From positions 169,812-233,811 of the forward strand of contig CAZBMV010000001.1 in NCBI GenBank assembly GCA_964493145.1: a stretch of 64,000 nucleotides of DNA, in the 5' to 3' direction. The notes beneath the pieces were generated by a model. That model saw nothing but the letters and a program-made list of their open reading frames with translations, did no database searches and was not told the DNA's origin. Position numbers and translations under genes: made by a program. Below, one piece after another: positions 55,975 to 64,000 of the stretch; the stretch's first letter is position 1, and the number at the start of each line of letters is the position of its first letter. Source of the stretch: an uncultured Candidatus Saccharibacteria bacterium (GTDB taxonomy: Bacteria; Patescibacteriota; Minisyncoccia; Phycocordibacterales; UBA918).

Positions 55975-58227
55975 CTACTCCATGTGGAGTGTCTCAGTGA
56001 GACGAAGTGCTTTTGCACGAATAGGTGCGTGGTGCGAAAGTTCGGGGTCATACTCTACGAGCGTGTGTGCCTCATCACGCGCCGCCTCTACTAATTTGAT
56101 GTTTTTGATTGCCTCCATGCCGAGGTCGGTGAGTCCCGATTGCCGAGCGCCGTAGAGTTCACCCGAACCGCGGAAGGCGAGATCGTACTCGGCGAGGTCA
56201 AAGCCACTCTTCGCGGTTGTGAGGGCGGTGAGGCGCTCTTTCGTCTTCTCACTTTTACTCTCCGTTACGACGAAGCAGTACGGCTGGTGCGTACCGCGGA
56301 TCACGCGCCCGCGGAGTTGGTGGAGCTGTGCGAGCCCGAAGCGTTCCGCACCTTCTATGATGATGTCGGTTGCATTGGGGACGTTGACGCCGACCTCAAC
56401 GACAGACGTTGCGACGAGGATGTCGGTTTCGTGTCGCGCGAAGGCGTCCATGACTTTTTCCTTTTCCGTCGGTTTCATTTTGCTATGCAAAATTGCAATG
56501 CGGTGTTTCGGGAATACGTGTTCCTTGAGGCGCTTCGCCTCGGCAATGACCGATTTCGCATTCACCGCCGTTTCTTTTTCCGGGTCGGGTTCTTCTATGC
56601 GCGGGCAAATGACGTACGCCTGTCTCCCCTCGGCAAGTTCTCGCCGTACGTGCTCGTACATGGCGTCTTCTTTTCCTTTAGTGACAATCGTCGTGATGAC
56701 CGGCTTTCGTCCCTTCGGCATTTCATCAAGGAGCGTGATGTCCAAATCACCATATATGGTGAGCGCAAGGGTGCGGGGAATGGGCGTTGCGGTCATGGAG
56801 AGGAGGTGTGGCATTCGCGCGTCCTTTTTTGCGAGCGCTTTTCGCTGGTTGGTGCCGAAGCGATGCTGTTCGTCAATAATGACGAGCGCGAGGTGCTTGA
56901 ATTCGACCGATTTGTACATGAGTGCGTGCGTGCCGATGAGGATAGGTATCTCACCATTCTTCACCCACTTTACGAGTTGCGCTTTTGATATCTTCGTTGC
57001 TTTCGTTGGATCGGTTTTTGAGGGGAACTTCATGCACCCGCTTCCCGTAATGAGACCGATTTGGATAGGGAGGTGCTTGAAGTACTGAATGAACGACTCA
57101 AAGTGTTGCTTTGCAAGGATTTCTGTAGGAGCCATGTAGGCAACCTGGAGGTTTCCAAATTCTAAATTATCCACTGAGTTGCCCGAGGAAAGACCTCGGG
57201 CAAGGTTTTGTTGTTGTGGGCGGGAGGTTGCTGTTGCGTACGCAACTGTCGCGGCGACGGCTGTCTTGCCACTTCCGACGTCTCCCTCAAGGAGTCGCGA
57301 CATGGGGCACTCACCGTTCACGTCCTTAAAGATGTTTGCGATGGCTTTTTTTTGCGCGTTCGTGAGTGGAAAAGGGAACCGTTCCGTGAATGCAGAAATG
57401 TGTGTGGGGTTGGTCTCAAATGTGTAACTTTGTGCGCCACGAATATGAGCGCGCGAAAGCGCTTGCGCCACCTGAATGTAGAAGACCTCCTCAAAGGCGA
57501 AGCGCTTTCGCGCGCTCATCGCATGATCCGCCTTCTTCGGCGTGTGAATCCACTGGAGTGCGGTGCGGAGCGTGGGGAGGTTGTACCGTTTCAACATACT
57601 CTCGGAGAGCGGATCGTCCATGCGCTCAAGGATTCCATACTCAAAACATTTCAGTATCGTGTGGTAGAACCACTTTGAGGTAATGCCCTTCGTCTCCCGA
57701 TACACGGGATAGATGGTCTCGTCGTGCGCACCGGTACCTTTGAAGATTGAATCGTGCCTATCTATGGGAAGCGTATCAAGTTTCTCCACTTCCGGATTAG
57801 CGATGTAGAGTTTTCCTTCGCTCCCCGTCACCTTGCCGACGAGCTTGACGTACATACCGTCGGTGAGCATTTTTGCGAGGTACGGTTGGTTGAACCACAT
57901 GATTTTGATGCGCGCGGAACCGTCTTCTATCCACCCTTCAGCAATAGGCACCTTACTTCGCCATGCCTTCCGCGTCTTGAGTCCCCCCAATTGACCAAAC
58001 ACGATTGCATCTTGCCCCTTTGTGAGGCCGCCGACCGACTGAATGTCACTTACGTCTTCGTAGCGCTGAGGAAGGTGATAGAGGAGGTTTTCAATGGTTA
58101 CGATGCCAAGCCGAATGAGCGCTTTTTGGTGGGTGGCATCAATGCGGAAATGTTTTGTGAGGGGATCAGAGGGGTGCACCCCATTAAACGGTCGCTTTGA
58201 ATGTTTGTAATCCCGTTCTTGTTGCAT
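55975..58227 (-). CDS. recG: ATP-dependent DNA helicase RecG
   Basis: 750 aa; wedge domain, helicase motifs (GDVGSGKT, DEQHRFG), typical RecG C-terminus. Confidence 0.9.
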   Translation of the reverse strand: MQQERDYKHSKRPFNGVHPSDPLTKHFRIDATHQKALIRLGIVTIENLLYHLPQRYEDVSDIQSVGGLTKGQDAIVFGQLGGLKTRKAWRSKVPIAEGWIEDGSARIKIMWFNQPYLAKMLTDGMYVKLVGKVTGSEGKLYIANPEVEKLDTLPIDRHDSIFKGTGAHDETIYPVYRETKGITSKWFYHTILKCFEYGILERMDDPLSESMLKRYNLPTLRTALQWIHTPKKADHAMSARKRFAFEEVFYIQVAQALSRAHIRGAQSYTFETNPTHISAFTERFPFPLTNAQKKAIANIFKDVNGECPMSRLLEGDVGSGKTAVAATVAYATATSRPQQQNLARGLSSGNSVDNLEFGNLQVAYMAPTEILAKQHFESFIQYFKHLPIQIGLITGSGCMKFPSKTDPTKATKISKAQLVKWVKNGEIPILIGTHALMYKSVEFKHLALVIIDEQHRFGTNQRKALAKKDARMPHLLSMTATPIPRTLALTIYGDLDITLLDEMPKGRKPVITTIVTKGKEDAMYEHVRRELAEGRQAYVICPRIEEPDPEKETAVNAKSVIAEAKRLKEHVFPKHRIAILHSKMKPTEKEKVMDAFARHETDILVATSVVEVGVNVPNATDIIIEGAERFGLAQLHQLRGRVIRGTHQPYCFVVTESKSEKTKERLTALTTAKSGFDLAEYDLAFRGSGELYGARQSGLTDLGMEAIKNIKLVEAARDEAHTLVEYDPELSHHAPIRAKALRLTETLHME

Positions 58228-58317
58228 GCGAAATCATATCTGCCCGTTTAACGGGACAGGTCATTCATAATAGTAACAGAAACATTGTATACTGTTAGTT
58301 CATTCACTTCGTACATC

Positions 58318-59475
58318 ATGAAAAAAGAAAAACAGCAAAAGAGAGATTACGCAAAGATGGCACTCGCGCTCCACAAAAAAATGCATGGGAAACTTGAAGT
58401 TGTCTCCAAGAGAAAATTGGTGACACGGGATGACTGGAGCACCATGTACACGCCGGGGGTTGGTGCGGTGTCGTCTCACTTGGCAACCCACCCGAAGGAG
58501 GTTCGCGAGTACACGATGAAGCGAAACACAGTCGCGGTTATCAGCGACGGCTCCGCGGTCTTGGGGCTCGGGAACATCGGCCCCATTGCGGCGCTCCCCG
58601 TCATGGAGGGGAAGTGCGCCATCCTCAAGGAGATGGCGGGAGTGGACGGTTTTCCGATTGTGCTTGATACGCAGGATACCGAAGAAATTATCAAAACCGT
58701 CATCAACATCGCACCCGGCTTCGGTGGTATTAACCTTGAGGATATCAGCGCGCCACGATGCTTTGAGATTGAGGAGCGACTGAAGGAAAAACTAACAATG
58801 CCGCTCATGCACGATGATCAGCACGGAACAGCTATCGTCGTACTCGCGGGGCTCCTCAATGCCGCGAAGGTGGTGAAGAAAAAATTTGAAACACTGAAGG
58901 TCGTTGTCGTTGGCGCGGGCGCCGCGGGACGGGCAATCACACTCCTCCTCATAAAGGCGGGAATTGGAAACATCATCGTGACTGACAGCACGGGGATCAT
59001 TTATCGTGGAAGGAAGGGTATGGCGGAATACAAGAACAATCTTGCGAAGGTAACAAATCCTGAGAACAAGAGGGGAGTGGTTGCCGATGCGGTCACGGGA
59101 GCCGATGTCATTATTGGTGTGTCGGGACCGGGGACCATCACACGTGCGCACGTGGAAGCGATGGCGAAAGATGCGATTGTATTCGCGCTCGCAAATCCGA
59201 TTCCGGAAATTAAGCCCGACGACGCACGTGCCGCAGGTGCGCGCATCATTGCGACCGGCCGCTCCGACTATCCGAACCAGGTCAACAACTCACTCGCCTT
59301 CCCGGGTATTTTCCGTGGCGCGCTTGATCGGAACGTCGCAAAAATTACCGACGACATGAAACTCGCGGCGGCAAAAAAAATCGCCGGCCTCGTGAAGAAA
59401 CCGACGGTGGACGAAATCGTTCCAAAAGTGACAGTGTCCGGACTCGTGAAAGCGGTCGCGAGCGTTATACGGTAA
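58318..59475 (+). CDS. NAD(P)-dependent malic enzyme (malate dehydrogenase, oxaloacetate-decarboxylating)
   Basis: ..YTPGVG..AVISDGSAVLGLGNIGP..; Rossmann VVVGAGAAGRAI; ~385 aa. Confidence 0.85.
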   Translation: MKKEKQQKRDYAKMALALHKKMHGKLEVVSKRKLVTRDDWSTMYTPGVGAVSSHLATHPKEVREYTMKRNTVAVISDGSAVLGLGNIGPIAALPVMEGKCAILKEMAGVDGFPIVLDTQDTEEIIKTVINIAPGFGGINLEDISAPRCFEIEERLKEKLTMPLMHDDQHGTAIVVLAGLLNAAKVVKKKFETLKVVVVGAGAAGRAITLLLIKAGIGNIIVTDSTGIIYRGRKGMAEYKNNLAKVTNPENKRGVVADAVTGADVIIGVSGPGTITRAHVEAMAKDAIVFALANPIPEIKPDDARAAGARIIATGRSDYPNQVNNSLAFPGIFRGALDRNVAKITDDMKLAAAKKIAGLVKKPTVDEIVPKVTVSGLVKAVASVIR

Positions 59476-59532
59476 TATTTTCTCCACGAAAAATGCCCCG
59501 TGTGGGGCATTTTTCGTGGAGAGCCATTCTCA

Positions 59533-59850
59533 CTACACAATATGTAGTACGTGGAGAAGGAAGTACCCACAAAGTGCGATTGTTGAAAGGAGCGCTGCGT
59601 AGAATGCCTGCCATACCGCACGGGAGGCACCGGCATTTTTCGTGAACGGATACGTCACGATGGTGGTGACAATAAAGAGTGCACACGAGAGGTAACTCTT
59701 TCCAAGCCAGTGGTGCGAAAATGTATTCTTCAGCCAATTCTTGAGCGGTGCCCATTCTTCACCAACGATGGTGAGGAGTGCGACGAGTATTGAGACGGCA
59801 ATCGTGCCGTATGCGGTCGCGATGATGAGACGGGTGAGTTTGTCGTTCAT
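59533..59850 (-). CDS. small hypothetical membrane protein
   Basis: 105 aa, 3 predicted TM helices. Confidence 0.4.
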   Translation of the reverse strand: MNDKLTRLIIATAYGTIAVSILVALLTIVGEEWAPLKNWLKNTFSHHWLGKSYLSCALFIVTTIVTYPFTKNAGASRAVWQAFYAALLSTIALCGYFLLHVLHIV

Positions 59851-59862
59851 GGTGATGAAAAA

Positions 59863-60312
59863 TTAACGGACGGCGCCGGAGATGATAATGCCGGATGCGG
59901 TAATGAAGACTCCGAGGACGAGCACGAGTGCACCGAGGAATGCGAGCGCCCGCTTGAGCATGGGATTCTCAGCACGACGGAGCACGTGCACGCCGAGCGC
60001 GAAGACGACAACAAGGAACGGCATGAGAATGAATACGTGCTCCTTTGCTTCCATAAAGAAGGAGTGTGCCCACGGGTACTCGCTCGCGAGGATGCGCGGT
60101 TTCACCGCAGTGCCGTAGTGGACGACGTAGTAGTACGCACCGGTCACCCATGAGGTGAAGAGGAGTACGACCGAGACCCACGCCGCTCTGATGATGAGTG
60201 TGTAGGGTGGAGTTCTACGAATGAGTTGCATGTACGCGAGGTGAAGCGCAATGAGGCCCGAGAGTCCGATGATGACGTGGGACACGAGCATTGAGGAAAG
60301 TAACGGAGACAT
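59863..60312 (-). CDS. hypothetical membrane protein
   Basis: 149 aa, 4 predicted TM helices. Confidence 0.45.
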   Translation of the reverse strand: MSPLLSSMLVSHVIIGLSGLIALHLAYMQLIRRTPPYTLIIRAAWVSVVLLFTSWVTGAYYYVVHYGTAVKPRILASEYPWAHSFFMEAKEHVFILMPFLVVVFALGVHVLRRAENPMLKRALAFLGALVLVLGVFITASGIIISGAVR

Positions 60313-60314
60313 AC

Positions 60315-60818
60315 TTATGCGGTTTTATGTGGTACGTACTTTGCGTGAATGGCGCGAAGTACGAAGTAAATAATGACGATTGACGCGACGTACGTGAGTA
60401 CGACGCCCCATACGGGGTAGGCGTTGCCGCGGAGGACTCCCAAGATGAGCGCCGCGTACCATGAGGTGAGCGCAATGGCGCTCCCCCAGAGGAGCGGAAT
60501 GGCGCGGAGTTGAATGAGCGCGGCATTCAGTGCAATGATTGCGACGATACTGAGTTTCACCCAGAACTGTGGCGAGTAGAACCACTCATTGTTCTCGGCG
60601 ATACGCGCGAGAATGAGGAAGCCAAACCCTGAGAGAATGAGGACGTAAAATGCGATGCGGAGCACGTTATAACTAATTTGCATCGTCTTTCCTTCATCGG
60701 GGTCCATGACTCCGTCTCGTAGTGCATTAATAAAGAATATTTCTATGAAGGTCGCTCCACCGACACCAACCGCTGTCCCGATGATGTGGGTGAGGACCAG
60801 AAAATCGTACATTGACAT
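60315..60818 (-). CDS. hypothetical membrane protein (~167 aa)
   Basis: start at MSMYDFLVLTHIIG; ORF-track 5' extension (to 61175) lies in GC-rich non-coding-looking DNA. Confidence 0.45.
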   Translation of the reverse strand: MSMYDFLVLTHIIGTAVGVGGATFIEIFFINALRDGVMDPDEGKTMQISYNVLRIAFYVLILSGFGFLILARIAENNEWFYSPQFWVKLSIVAIIALNAALIQLRAIPLLWGSAIALTSWYAALILGVLRGNAYPVWGVVLTYVASIVIIYFVLRAIHAKYVPHKTA

Positions 60819-61354
60819 ACGTATGTATTGTGCGCTTCTGAAAACCGCTCCGCAATGAGTGCGTGTGCATAGAAACCAAGAGAACCCGCACACGTGCGGG
60901 TTCTCTTGTGGTTTGGCGGTGAGTGTATCACCTTTGCGCGAACCCACTTCGCACGCGCCGAGCGCGTGGTGGCTCGGGACTAATGCGTACGCTCCGATTG
61001 CGTGGTCTGCTCCGCCACTTCGTCCTCCAAAAACTCCGAAAGGTCGCAAAGTATCTATTGCTCCCAATCTCCGCTTTCTCCGTCCTTGTGGCGGCCCGAG
61101 GCGCTCCCGTAGCGAACCTGCGTGGTATCTATAGCGTCCGCTCACACTTCGCCGCGCCTCGCACTGGCCGCTCACATTCGTTCGCGATGCCTGCTCGGTG
61201 CGGCTTCGTGTTCGCTCGGCGACTTCGGTGGAGTTCGTTGTGCCTCTAAAAGGCGGATTGTGCCAAACTCACGAATGGCACAAGCAAATCATATTGCGCT
61301 TGCCCCAAACCCTCCCATGCGCGCGCAAGCCCGTCCGCTACGCGGACGACTCCC

Positions 61355-61789
61355 TCAACAAGACATTGAGTATGTTACGTAAACAAAAAGCAACACGTAG
61401 AATCCCAGAAACAGCCATGGTAGTTTCTTTTCCACCACAGTCAATTTCGCATAAACTTTTTTGTCTTTGCCATTCTTTAGTTTCTGCCACTCGTCTGTGT
61501 AAACTTTCCACGGTAGCTTTTCTTCCATTTCGTGAATTACAGCATATTTTGCTGAATTCAAACTGCGATAATTTTTGATAATTGATGCCCATACTACGCA
61601 AAGCAGCCCACCAAAAAGAGCGATGAGTAGATGAACTGGCGAAAAATCACTTTGAGTCGCCAAAAAAGCGAAGATAATAGAGTTGGCAGACAGAAAGATT
61701 TTATTCGCACCCTCTCGTCGAGCACTGATTCTGTCGGCCATCTCTACGGCCAGCTTGTATTGCTCAAATAAAATATCCTTATCTTGCAT
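61355..61789 (-). CDS. small 2-3 TM protein, SLATT-like candidate membrane effector
   Basis: 144 aa: N-terminal helix, two adjacent TM helices, C-terminal TM; 2-nt spacing to upstream TIR-like gene. Confidence 0.5.
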   Translation of the reverse strand: MQDKDILFEQYKLAVEMADRISARREGANKIFLSANSIIFAFLATQSDFSPVHLLIALFGGLLCVVWASIIKNYRSLNSAKYAVIHEMEEKLPWKVYTDEWQKLKNGKDKKVYAKLTVVEKKLPWLFLGFYVLLFVYVTYSMSC

Positions 61790-61791
61790 GT

Positions 61792-62202
61792 TTAGTCCAA
61801 TTCACGGATTGCTGAAATGATAGGACTTGCGTTCCATCCGACTATCTTATCTGCATTATCTTTCACAACAGTTGATGTCTTCTCGCTACCCCAAGGCTGT
61901 ATAGCAAGAATCGGTTTTGGATTGGTAAAACCGCTGTTTGCCAATTGAATTTCTTTGTTTATCCATTTGCTGTATGTGGAGTAAACTCCTGCCAAGATGA
62001 CTATCACATCACAGAACTGCATGCGCTCTTTGATCGCCGCCAGTAACTCTTTGTCGGTACCAGCTTTATGAATCGGGTCGTCCTTCGGTACGGAGTAATT
62101 TCGATATGAGAAACGGGAATCACCATCAAGCATTTTAACCAACTTGTCGTATGCGTCGCCGTATGCCCATGAGTGACTGATGAAGATGTTGTAGGTTTTC
62201 AT
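61792..62202 (-). CDS. TIR-like domain protein (DUF1863 / Thoeris ThsB-like)
   Basis: MKTYNIFISHSWAYGDAYDKLVKMLD.. N-terminal FISHSW motif, flavodoxin-like alternation, 136 aa. Confidence 0.7.
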   Translation of the reverse strand: MKTYNIFISHSWAYGDAYDKLVKMLDGDSRFSYRNYSVPKDDPIHKAGTDKELLAAIKERMQFCDVIVILAGVYSTYSKWINKEIQLANSGFTNPKPILAIQPWGSEKTSTVVKDNADKIVGWNASPIISAIRELD

Positions 62203-62203
62203 A

Positions 62204-62503
62204 TTAGTTTTTGTGTTGCTCGTTAAATTTAGGGCCTTCTTTTTTAATTATCTGTTTTTCTACTTGTAGCGCCCGCGGCTTATCTTTAACTTGGGCGATT
62301 TTGAATTTGGTTCCACCAGGGATGTGGTCTTTCTTGAACTTTAGATGATCTGTAAGACGTTGTTGGACATTCCCGCGACCTGCGACACCCGTGTATAGAT
62401 TTTTTCCAGCGCCATTTGTAATTTCATACACAATCGCCTTGTTTTTTGGTACGTTTCCTACGTTGGTCTTATTGAATTTCTGAGGACGATTGAACTTTGG
62501 CAT
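62204..62503 (-). CDS. small GIY-YIG nuclease-domain protein
   Basis: start MPKFNRP; KAIVYEITNGAGKNLYTGVAGRGNVQQRLTDHLKFKK = GIY / YIG / R..H..motifs; ORF-track 5' extension not supported. Confidence 0.65.
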   Translation of the reverse strand: MPKFNRPQKFNKTNVGNVPKNKAIVYEITNGAGKNLYTGVAGRGNVQQRLTDHLKFKKDHIPGGTKFKIAQVKDKPRALQVEKQIIKKEGPKFNEQHKN

Positions 62504-62535
62504 GGTATTTATGTTAGCGAATAAATATGTGGATA

Positions 62536-62573
62536 AAGTATACTTGCTCCTGCATGATGTTTCAAGTATACTC
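62536..62573. promoter_or_regulatory. two 10-bp palindromes AAGTATACTT 28 bp apart in the divergent GIY-YIG / LexA-like promoter region (candidate operators)
   Basis: AAAGTATACTTG...CAAGTATACTCA read directly. Confidence 0.5.
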
Positions 62574-62608
62574 AAATTGTATTTGAAAGAGATTTGAAAG
62601 TCAACCAT

Positions 62609-63274
62609 ATGATAACCCCAAAACAGAAGCAAATATACGACTTCATTGTTTCGTATTCCAAAGAGCACGGTTCCTCGCCCTCTTTGGAGGAGATTGCAGG
62701 CCATTTTGACTTTCTACAATACCCGTCATCGGCGCACTACCATGTTAAGAAGCTCCAAAGTGAGGGGTATTTGGAGCGCGAATCAAACCGACCACGTTCT
62801 ATTGGTATCTACGCGGATAAAACGGTCAAGACACCGATCTTTAGGAAAACTGGAATGGACGCGGTGCGAGTCCCGGTACTCGGTGCGGCAAACGCCGGAC
62901 CAGCAACACTCTTTGCGGAAGAGAATGTAGCCGGTTACTTAAAAGTGTCTCGTAGTACGCTCAATCGCCGCGACGGCGTTTTCGCGTTGCGCGTTGAGGG
63001 CGACTCTATGAACTGTGCAAAGATTGATGGAAAGAATCTTGAAGAAGGCGACTTCGTGCTAATTGACTCAACGTACCGAACGCCAAGAAATGGAGATTAT
63101 GTGCTTTCCGTTATTGACGATTGTGCGAATCTAAAGAAATTTCAAAGAGATCCGAAGACTGGGAATGTCATGCTTGTTTCTGAATCAAAAAATCCCAAAC
63201 ATAAGCCAATATATGTTTCGAGTGATGACGATTATATGGTCAATGGAAAGATCATTAAAGTGATAAAGAAATAA
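62609..63274 (+). CDS. LexA-family repressor (winged-HTH + S24 self-cleaving peptidase domain)
   Basis: N-terminal wHTH (..SLEEIAGHF..); Ala-Gly cleavage-site region (VLGAANAGPATLF), catalytic GDSM serine and downstream Lys (LKKF). Confidence 0.8.
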   Translation: MITPKQKQIYDFIVSYSKEHGSSPSLEEIAGHFDFLQYPSSAHYHVKKLQSEGYLERESNRPRSIGIYADKTVKTPIFRKTGMDAVRVPVLGAANAGPATLFAEENVAGYLKVSRSTLNRRDGVFALRVEGDSMNCAKIDGKNLEEGDFVLIDSTYRTPRNGDYVLSVIDDCANLKKFQRDPKTGNVMLVSESKNPKHKPIYVSSDDDYMVNGKIIKVIKK

Positions 63275-63288
63275 TGTATAATAAAATT

Positions 63289-64000
63289 ATGGGCAAGAAC
63301 AATTTTTCAATAAATACCATCTTGCACGGTGATGCTGTGGAGATGATGAAAAAAATTCCAGACAATTCTGTTGATTTGGTGGTAACTTCACCTCCATATG
63401 ATACCCTCAGGAATTATACAGGGGACCTTACATTCGATCTGCATGAGACAGGTGTTCAAATTAAGAGAATTTTGAAAGACGGGGGCATCGCTGCTGTGGT
63501 TATACAAGATCAAACTAAAGATTTTGCAAAATCGCTAACCTCATTCCGAATGATTGTCGATTGGGTTGATAATGTTGGTTTACGTCTTTTTGAAAATGTC
63601 ATTTATCGCAAACATGGTACAGAGGGTGCTTGGTGGACGAAGCGTTTCCGTGTAGACCACGAATACATGCCAATTTTCCTAAAAGGTGCACGTCCTCAAT
63701 ATTTTGACAAAGAACCACTGAAAATACCCTCCAAGCATGGAGGAAAGGTTATGACAGGAAGCGGTAATAGAAGGACGGACGGGACGACCACAAAGACAAT
63801 TACCAGACCAATAAACGCCATGAAGTGCCGAGGAACAGTTTGGGATTATTTAATGGCGGGAGATAAAGATCCGCTCAAGCGACAACATCCGGCAGTCTTT
63901 CCAGATAAAATACCGTATGATTTTATTCAGTGTTTTTGTCCTCCAGATGGTGTCGTATTAGATCCGTTTGGTGGTTGTGGTTCTACTGCTGTTGCAGCAA
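63289..64000 (+). CDS. DNA methyltransferase, beta-class N6-adenine/N4-cytosine (partial, runs off window end)
   Basis: VVTSPPYDT (motif IV) precedes LDPFGGCGST (motif I) = beta-class amino-MTase order; no stop before 64000. Confidence 0.8.
   Translation, partial: MGKNNFSINTILHGDAVEMMKKIPDNSVDLVVTSPPYDTLRNYTGDLTFDLHETGVQIKRILKDGGIAAVVIQDQTKDFAKSLTSFRMIVDWVDNVGLRLFENVIYRKHGTEGAWWTKRFRVDHEYMPIFLKGARPQYFDKEPLKIPSKHGGKVMTGSGNRRTDGTTTKTITRPINAMKCRGTVWDYLMAGDKDPLKRQHPAVFPDKIPYDFIQCFCPPDGVVLDPFGGCGSTAVAA

Noticed and set aside
56140-57088. Two overlapping ~285-aa plus-strand ORFs
   Set aside because: Antisense shadow ORFs inside recG.
60819-61175. N-terminal 119-aa extension of the membrane-protein ORF 60315..61175
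   Set aside because: Arg/Gly-rich translation of GC-rich DNA with no TM or domain features; likely non-coding; start moved to MSMYDF.

Overview
This window looks like a small, streamlined bacterial genome of about 50% GC, most consistent with a Candidate Phyla Radiation (Patescibacteria/Parcubacteria-like) organism. Three things support that: ribosomal protein L30 is absent between rpsE and rplO, S14 is the short zinc-binding type Z form, and ComEC is split. This assignment is inferred from gene content only.

The backbone is a near-complete str-S10-spc ribosomal super-operon running rpsL, rpsG, fusA, tuf, rpsJ, rplC through rplE, rpsZ through rplO, secY, adk, map. It is interrupted at least four times by accessory insertions:
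- hypothetical and secreted genes between rpsG and fusA;
- four reverse-oriented hypothetical genes between fusA and tuf;
- a secreted peptidoglycan-binding, Cys-repeat protein with its own strong promoter between rplE and rpsZ;
- three secreted or anchored proteins plus two cytidylate-kinase-like paralogs between secY and adk.

The alpha operon (infA through rplQ) does not follow map; ndk does instead. Other core genes present are:
- comEC (split), sodA, rpmB, a site-2 (M50) protease;
- infC-rpmI-rplT, a phosphoketolase/acetate kinase operon, a SET-domain protein;
- a histidine kinase/response regulator pair, tmRNA plus smpB, ftsH;
- a MacAB-like ABC efflux operon, recG, and a malic enzyme.

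One tRNA (anticodon UAU) is found, followed by two tandem partial copies of its 3' half, which look like attachment-site scars.

The last 2.7 kb looks like a defence island. A tightly packed operon encodes a GIY-YIG nuclease, a TIR-like (DUF1863/ThsB-like) protein and a small SLATT-like 2-3 TM protein. It is divergent from a LexA-like S24 repressor with paired palindromic operators, and is followed by a beta-class DNA methyltransferase that is truncated by the window edge.

Other notable signals:
- a ~65-bp near-identical promoter/leader element upstream of both fusA and rplT, containing TTCTG-N4-CAGAA palindromes;
- a TTCGTTTAAACGAA palindrome core recurring at two island borders;
- three compositionally anomalous GC-rich non-coding stretches that are candidates for structured RNAs;
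- clusters of SD-led small ORFs, each with its own terminator, next to the tRNA.

No rRNA or CRISPR array is present.
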